Shown here in pieces: positions 60,901 through 64,000 of a stretch of 64,000 nucleotides of DNA; within the stretch, counting starts at the first letter, position 1, and each line of letters opens with the position of its first letter. The notes under the pieces were generated by a model. It saw nothing but the letters and a program-made list of their open reading frames with translations, had not been told where the DNA came from and did not search any database. Both the position numbers and the translations under genes were made by a program. The stretch is taken from positions 62,001-126,000 of IMG/VR virus record IMGVR_UViG_3300031576_000001; one strand, 5' to 3'.

Positions 60901-62772
60901 ATGAACGTAACCCAGATGGGTGTCTTTGACCTCATGACCGAGCACGTTGGGGATGGTAGTGACGGGCGCTCCGCGTGGGTGGTGGGTGACGCAAATCAGG
61001 CAATCTTCCAATTTCGCGGGAGCAAACCGGAGCAGTTTGAGGGTTTTTACGACAAAGAAACTTGGAAAACTCGGATGATTCAGACCAACTACCGTTGCCA
61101 GCCTGAGATCATCGCAGCCGCGAACAAGCTCATTGCTGACAAGCAGTCTCCGATACCCTTCAAGGCTCGTCCTGCCCCGCACAAGGTCAACGGGGAGGCG
61201 TCTATCACGGTAGACATGCCGGAAGACCTCACGCAAGCGGCTCTGGTTACGATGCGAGGGGTGCGTAAGGACATGGACATGGGCGGTCAGCCCATGGACC
61301 ACGCGGTTCTCTCGCGCACCAACCGTGAGCTAAACGACTTTGAGACCGCGTGCATCATCAACGAGATCCCTTACACAAAGAGGGGGGGTAAGGCGTTTCT
61401 TGACGCCCCTGAGATCCAGGCTGTCCTTGGCTATCTGCGCCTGGAAACGTCAACCTCTTTCGAGGAGCGGAAAAAGTCTCTGGTTGCCATGATGATGAAA
61501 CCCAACCGTGGGTTCTACGGCAAGCCCGAGGAAATTATGAAGGCTGTCGAGGACACCATGGACACCATGGCCAGGATGAAGCGCACCGACGTTAGCCTCA
61601 TCGACCCGGCAGAAATCCTGAAAAACCCTAACTTCAGGTCCATGTTCGCCAGTGCCTACCTCGGACCCAAGAAGGCAGACTTCCTGGTGCAGTACCGCGA
61701 CAACCCTTACAAGGGTGAGGCGGCTTGGAAGTACAAGGTGCAAGACCTTGTGACCAGCATTTCCGCGGTTCCTGGCGACCTGGCAAAGATCAACGCCTTT
61801 GTTCAAACGGAGCCTACTACCGAAGCACTGATGAACTTCGTGCTTGACAACGTAAGCTCGACGCAAAGCGAGTGGGACAAGCAAACACAGCAAAAGGTGT
61901 GGACCAAGACCACCCTGCGTCAGCAAATCAGCAATGACGTTGCTATGTTCTCAGGTGATGACGAAGAGGCTACGGACACTAGTGAGGAGGAGTCCTCGGT
62001 AGAGCTTGGTCCTGATGGTACACCCGTACAGAAAGCACAGGCGGCGGCTGGGTTGGGCTCCGTGGCATTCTTGTTTGAGCTTGCGACACCCAACGCCAAC
62101 GACACCAATGAGGGGCTCAACCCCACCAAGGCCAAGGACTTCTTGACCAAGGTGGATCGTTTTGCGCAGAAGGCTGAAAAGCTCTACATCAACCTGGAGA
62201 AATGGGAGACCGAGCAAAAGCAACTGCCCCCTGACCAGCGTGAAAAGAAGCCAAATTGTGTCACGCTTTCAACTTGTCACTCGGTTAAAGGTCTCGAATG
62301 GAAAAACGTCACGGTGTCCATGCCTACTGGCAAGTTTCCGCTCCCTCTTCGCGTGGACCCGGATGACCCCCCTCCGACCCCTGAGCAAGTGGCAGAGCAC
62401 AACACCGCCGAGCTAAACCTCGCCTACGTAGCCATGACCCGCGCCGCAGAAACCCTGAAGATTGTGTGCCCCATGCACGTTGACGGTAAACCCGCAGGCC
62501 CCTCTGAGTTTGTGTTTCAAGCCGGTCTAGAGAGGGGCGAGAACGTAGCCAAGGTTAGCCAGGGCAGCGCCGAGGACAAGCTGCCCCCGGGCTACTTTGA
62601 AGATACGGAATGGTCTGACACCGACTTTTCCGATACCACCCTCACGGCAAGCGAGGCTGACTACTACGCCCGTATGGAAAGGGAGCACCCTTCTCAGCTA
62701 GCCTGGGATGCCACGCCTGGCGAGCTTGGCGTAGTGGAGCCCACCGTAACCGCTACCAAGTGGGACGCCTGA
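57964..62772 (+). CDS. uvrD: UvrD/Rep/PcrA-family SF1 helicase with long N-terminal extension and an intein in the P-loop
   Basis: VAAGAGSGK|TT, AVTFAKKAA, VIVDEGQD, VVGDANQAIFQFRG, TNYR, LSTCHSVKGLEW, LAYVAMTRA. Confidence 0.9.
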   Translation: MTQPYTYNRRREAAVEEPTEENIGEVVVAEYIVFLWAVDTYLRYLEESAGGVADDIAGAGLRILRSLEGAVAEGVKTLLTSGVSTPGAKALLEAAFAKAVTNEDGVSARAYKIRAVITRGGAALIKHIFGTSRKAAKEVWDGLAAVRQDDPDMALSKLDIITLQNKRLDKWISVASESAKPRSAPPMSAVAEAAAVATEAATSLMESKLKETGSVPGSQASAQAQDAHTANVKAVEDDAKAAAQKVMKQTGEEDKPVTKSEAIAIATAVAAATKAAPAIPDNIPKAFTNNGRPLDPEQMAAALTDGKVLVAAGAGSGKCVRGDTLIGTLGGTIRIDGCQHNPLVRAVRSDSLSVEARAGQWLDMGTDFVTEVETRSGIRIRATKEHPLLAWNGAATWVKVGDMLGGEHLFILPGYALGTGAETVDPDEAYLIGLFMGDGCTSKYTVSWSRGGEYLPKHFHALARQFWGVDTIKVYPRAGSLSVEHRISSKDLVDRLVAQGVAYPSARVKEVPSWLLQASDAERIRFLQGLFDTDGTAAGSRCVEWVSASETLARQVHQMLIGLGVVGMLKPKHVEGYEHTYWRVLIGSEQMRNFRAVVGFRYELSKVAAVDDLCDRECNPNVDVYPHTADLLKRVRESWKKQGRWQGHSQSLLMDDRWVVVKDYLLGKRNPSRQKLLDLIQGSESDEAHLLEALSHYYLDEVVTVRRDVERCQVYDFHVPEAHSFVANGIVSHNTTCVISRIAYLIQDKNVRPKRIIAVTFAKKAAGEIKERVHAKTGLTDKTGPFMGTLNSMGMRFITGSPDDGVPTFGTPEEAAMMRRPRFISGKGGISPSVFTKTITGIFNECSPDALSKHTGFAKAVFAKGAPNAKKMGTFISKWRGNQITWQDARAQATSKSESQAAFWYECYMGLKGDIPGWRPPCPTKLHTKFMDRYRRGGERLGDMDDQLQIFHNILKRDISARKLVQGMFDHVIVDEGQDMNVTQMGVFDLMTEHVGDGSDGRSAWVVGDANQAIFQFRGSKPEQFEGFYDKETWKTRMIQTNYRCQPEIIAAANKLIADKQSPIPFKARPAPHKVNGEASITVDMPEDLTQAALVTMRGVRKDMDMGGQPMDHAVLSRTNRELNDFETACIINEIPYTKRGGKAFLDAPEIQAVLGYLRLETSTSFEERKKSLVAMMMKPNRGFYGKPEEIMKAVEDTMDTMARMKRTDVSLIDPAEILKNPNFRSMFASAYLGPKKADFLVQYRDNPYKGEAAWKYKVQDLVTSISAVPGDLAKINAFVQTEPTTEALMNFVLDNVSSTQSEWDKQTQQKVWTKTTLRQQISNDVAMFSGDDEEATDTSEEESSVELGPDGTPVQKAQAAAGLGSVAFLFELATPNANDTNEGLNPTKAKDFLTKVDRFAQKAEKLYINLEKWETEQKQLPPDQREKKPNCVTLSTCHSVKGLEWKNVTVSMPTGKFPLPLRVDPDDPPPTPEQVAEHNTAELNLAYVAMTRAAETLKIVCPMHVDGKPAGPSEFVFQAGLERGENVAKVSQGSAEDKLPPGYFEDTEWSDTDFSDTTLTASEADYYARMEREHPSQLAWDATPGELGVVEPTVTATKWDA
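58918..60165 (+). mobile_element. Intein (416 aa) with LAGLIDADG endonuclease
   Basis: CVRGDT start, TKEHP block B, LIGLFMGDG and FLQGLFDTDG, ends IVSHN followed by Thr+1. Confidence 0.93.
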
Positions 62773-62786
62773 GAGGAACAGAACCG

Positions 62787-63188
62787 ATGACCACTACAAC
62801 ACCCAAGAAAGCCGCTGCTACATTCGTAGGCTTCACCCTTGAAGAGTTTGACAAGTACATCAAACGCGCCTTCCGGGCCTTCAAGCCTACCCAGGTGAGA
62901 CTAGGCAACGAGTTTGCCTACGTCCTTCACCTCTCAGAGCGGATCAAGATCCTCATCCAGTCGAGTATACACTCCTCGGGGTACGCCGCCGGCTCTGGTA
63001 CGGACCCGATCCGTGTGGGTTTTATGTACGCTGAGTCCAAAGGTGGCTCGCTCAGACCCCTCAAAGGCAAGAGCTTTCCCATTGTCAAGCGCACCGAAAA
63101 CTGGCGCGACAACCTGGAAGACCGCGTGAATGACTACCTAGAGGAGTACGAGTCCAACCGGGGCAACTACAAGGACACGTTTGACTGA
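62787..63188 (+). CDS. Hypothetical protein
   Basis: GAGAGGA upstream of ATG. Confidence 0.6.
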   Translation: MTTTTPKKAAATFVGFTLEEFDKYIKRAFRAFKPTQVRLGNEFAYVLHLSERIKILIQSSIHSSGYAAGSGTDPIRVGFMYAESKGGSLRPLKGKSFPIVKRTENWRDNLEDRVNDYLEEYESNRGNYKDTFD

Positions 63189-63269
63189 GAGGGTGTCCTA
63201 CTGGGGTGGTTCCGTCTACGCTCCCCCTGAGCGTGCTGAGCTAGCTGCCCCTGTGCTACCCTCCCCAGG

Positions 63270-63989
63270 GTGACACCCTCCTACGCACCCCTCCCCTTGC
63301 ATTTGCGATACGACCCCATTACTCGCCCCTCACCCCAAGAGGCGGACACCGGGGTCGTGGTCTTTTCAACGCTGCCCGCGTTGTACGAGAGCCTCATCCT
63401 CGGTGCGCCCCTACCAAGCACCCTGGTCATCCGGCACTTGACCACGCCCACCCTCTTGGCAGGTACCCTCTTCCTTCACCGGGAAACGCTACTCTCACCC
63501 CTCACGCTGCCCCTGGTTTACGGTCTCGACCTCGCTGAGCGTGAGGGCTTCCCAGCGACGGCTCACCTACCGTCCCTCCCCGAGCTAAGGCTACCCTATG
63601 CCTCTCAGCCCAAGCCAGAAATCACTGCCCGCATAGGGGCTACCGTCGCCACGCTAAGAGACTACCTCGCCTGTCCACCCCCAGAACTACCCAAGGGCGC
63701 CTCTGTGCTTGACGTAGGCTCCAACGGGTTCGTTGTGGCTGAGGGTCTACGCACGCCCCTCCCCCTCTACCAGCAAGGCTACCTGCGGGGTGTCATCTTC
63801 CCCGTAGCCCCCTTCACTACAGTCACCATCTTCAAGAAAAGCCGCCTCGTCCCCATGGACCTTGGCTGCGCGCAACGCTACCTCAAAGCCCTCGACTCTA
63901 GCCTTGGTGTCGCCTTTGACCCCCTCTCCCTCTTGGTGCAAACCCGGCTCACCCGCGAAGAGGTAGTCAAGGTGCTCACCTACTGCTGA
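63270..63989 (+). CDS. Hypothetical Leu/Pro-rich protein (239 aa)
   Basis: Long ORF; start uncertain. Confidence 0.5.
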   Translation: MTPSYAPLPLHLRYDPITRPSPQEADTGVVVFSTLPALYESLILGAPLPSTLVIRHLTTPTLLAGTLFLHRETLLSPLTLPLVYGLDLAEREGFPATAHLPSLPELRLPYASQPKPEITARIGATVATLRDYLACPPPELPKGASVLDVGSNGFVVAEGLRTPLPLYQQGYLRGVIFPVAPFTTVTIFKKSRLVPMDLGCAQRYLKALDSSLGVAFDPLSLLVQTRLTREEVVKVLTYC

Positions 63990-64000
63990 CCCCCCCCCTG

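Noticed and set aside
228-63941. Many antisense and alternate-frame ORFs in the track (e.g. 33404..34108 +, 22564..23256 -, 51329..52036 -)
   Set aside because: They lie wholly over better-supported genes and are expected shadows in GC-rich DNA.
1-64000. tRNA, release-factor or rRNA gene that could explain the recoding
   Set aside because: None recognisable by eye in this window; needs tRNAscan-SE/ARAGORN and HMM searches on the whole genome.

Overview
A 64-kb segment of a large contractile-tailed (myovirus-like) dsDNA phage, about 60% GC by eye. The + strand carries the virion module: terminase large subunit, portal, intein-containing prohead-protease-like gene, Gln-rich scaffold-like gene, decoration-like gene, major capsid protein, neck and tail-completion-like genes and a 1429-aa tail sheath. 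It also carries an actin-fold ATPase, a Dps/ferritin-like gene and an intein-containing UvrD-like helicase. Two minus-strand islands of small accessory genes (about 31.9-37.7 kb and 41.4-43.2 kb) and several homing-endonuclease elements interrupt the module. The main result is that TTA appears to be a stop codon here. In 27 genes the first in-frame TTA sits at the apparent natural gene end, including three TTATG stop/start overlaps and two long ORFs that TTA splits just before an in-frame ATG. My manual scan found no internal in-frame TTA in more than 7,500 codons of the large genes. CDS coordinates below are re-called with TTA as stop where this applies. Other notable items: an atypically split intein fractured by a free-standing endonuclease gene, two endonuclease cassettes that duplicate host gene ends, a LAGLIDADG-methyltransferase-Zn-finger fusion, and an exactly conserved CGTGAATC-N15-CGTAAGAG motif in four copies. 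Product calls come from motif recognition and synteny only; no database search was run.
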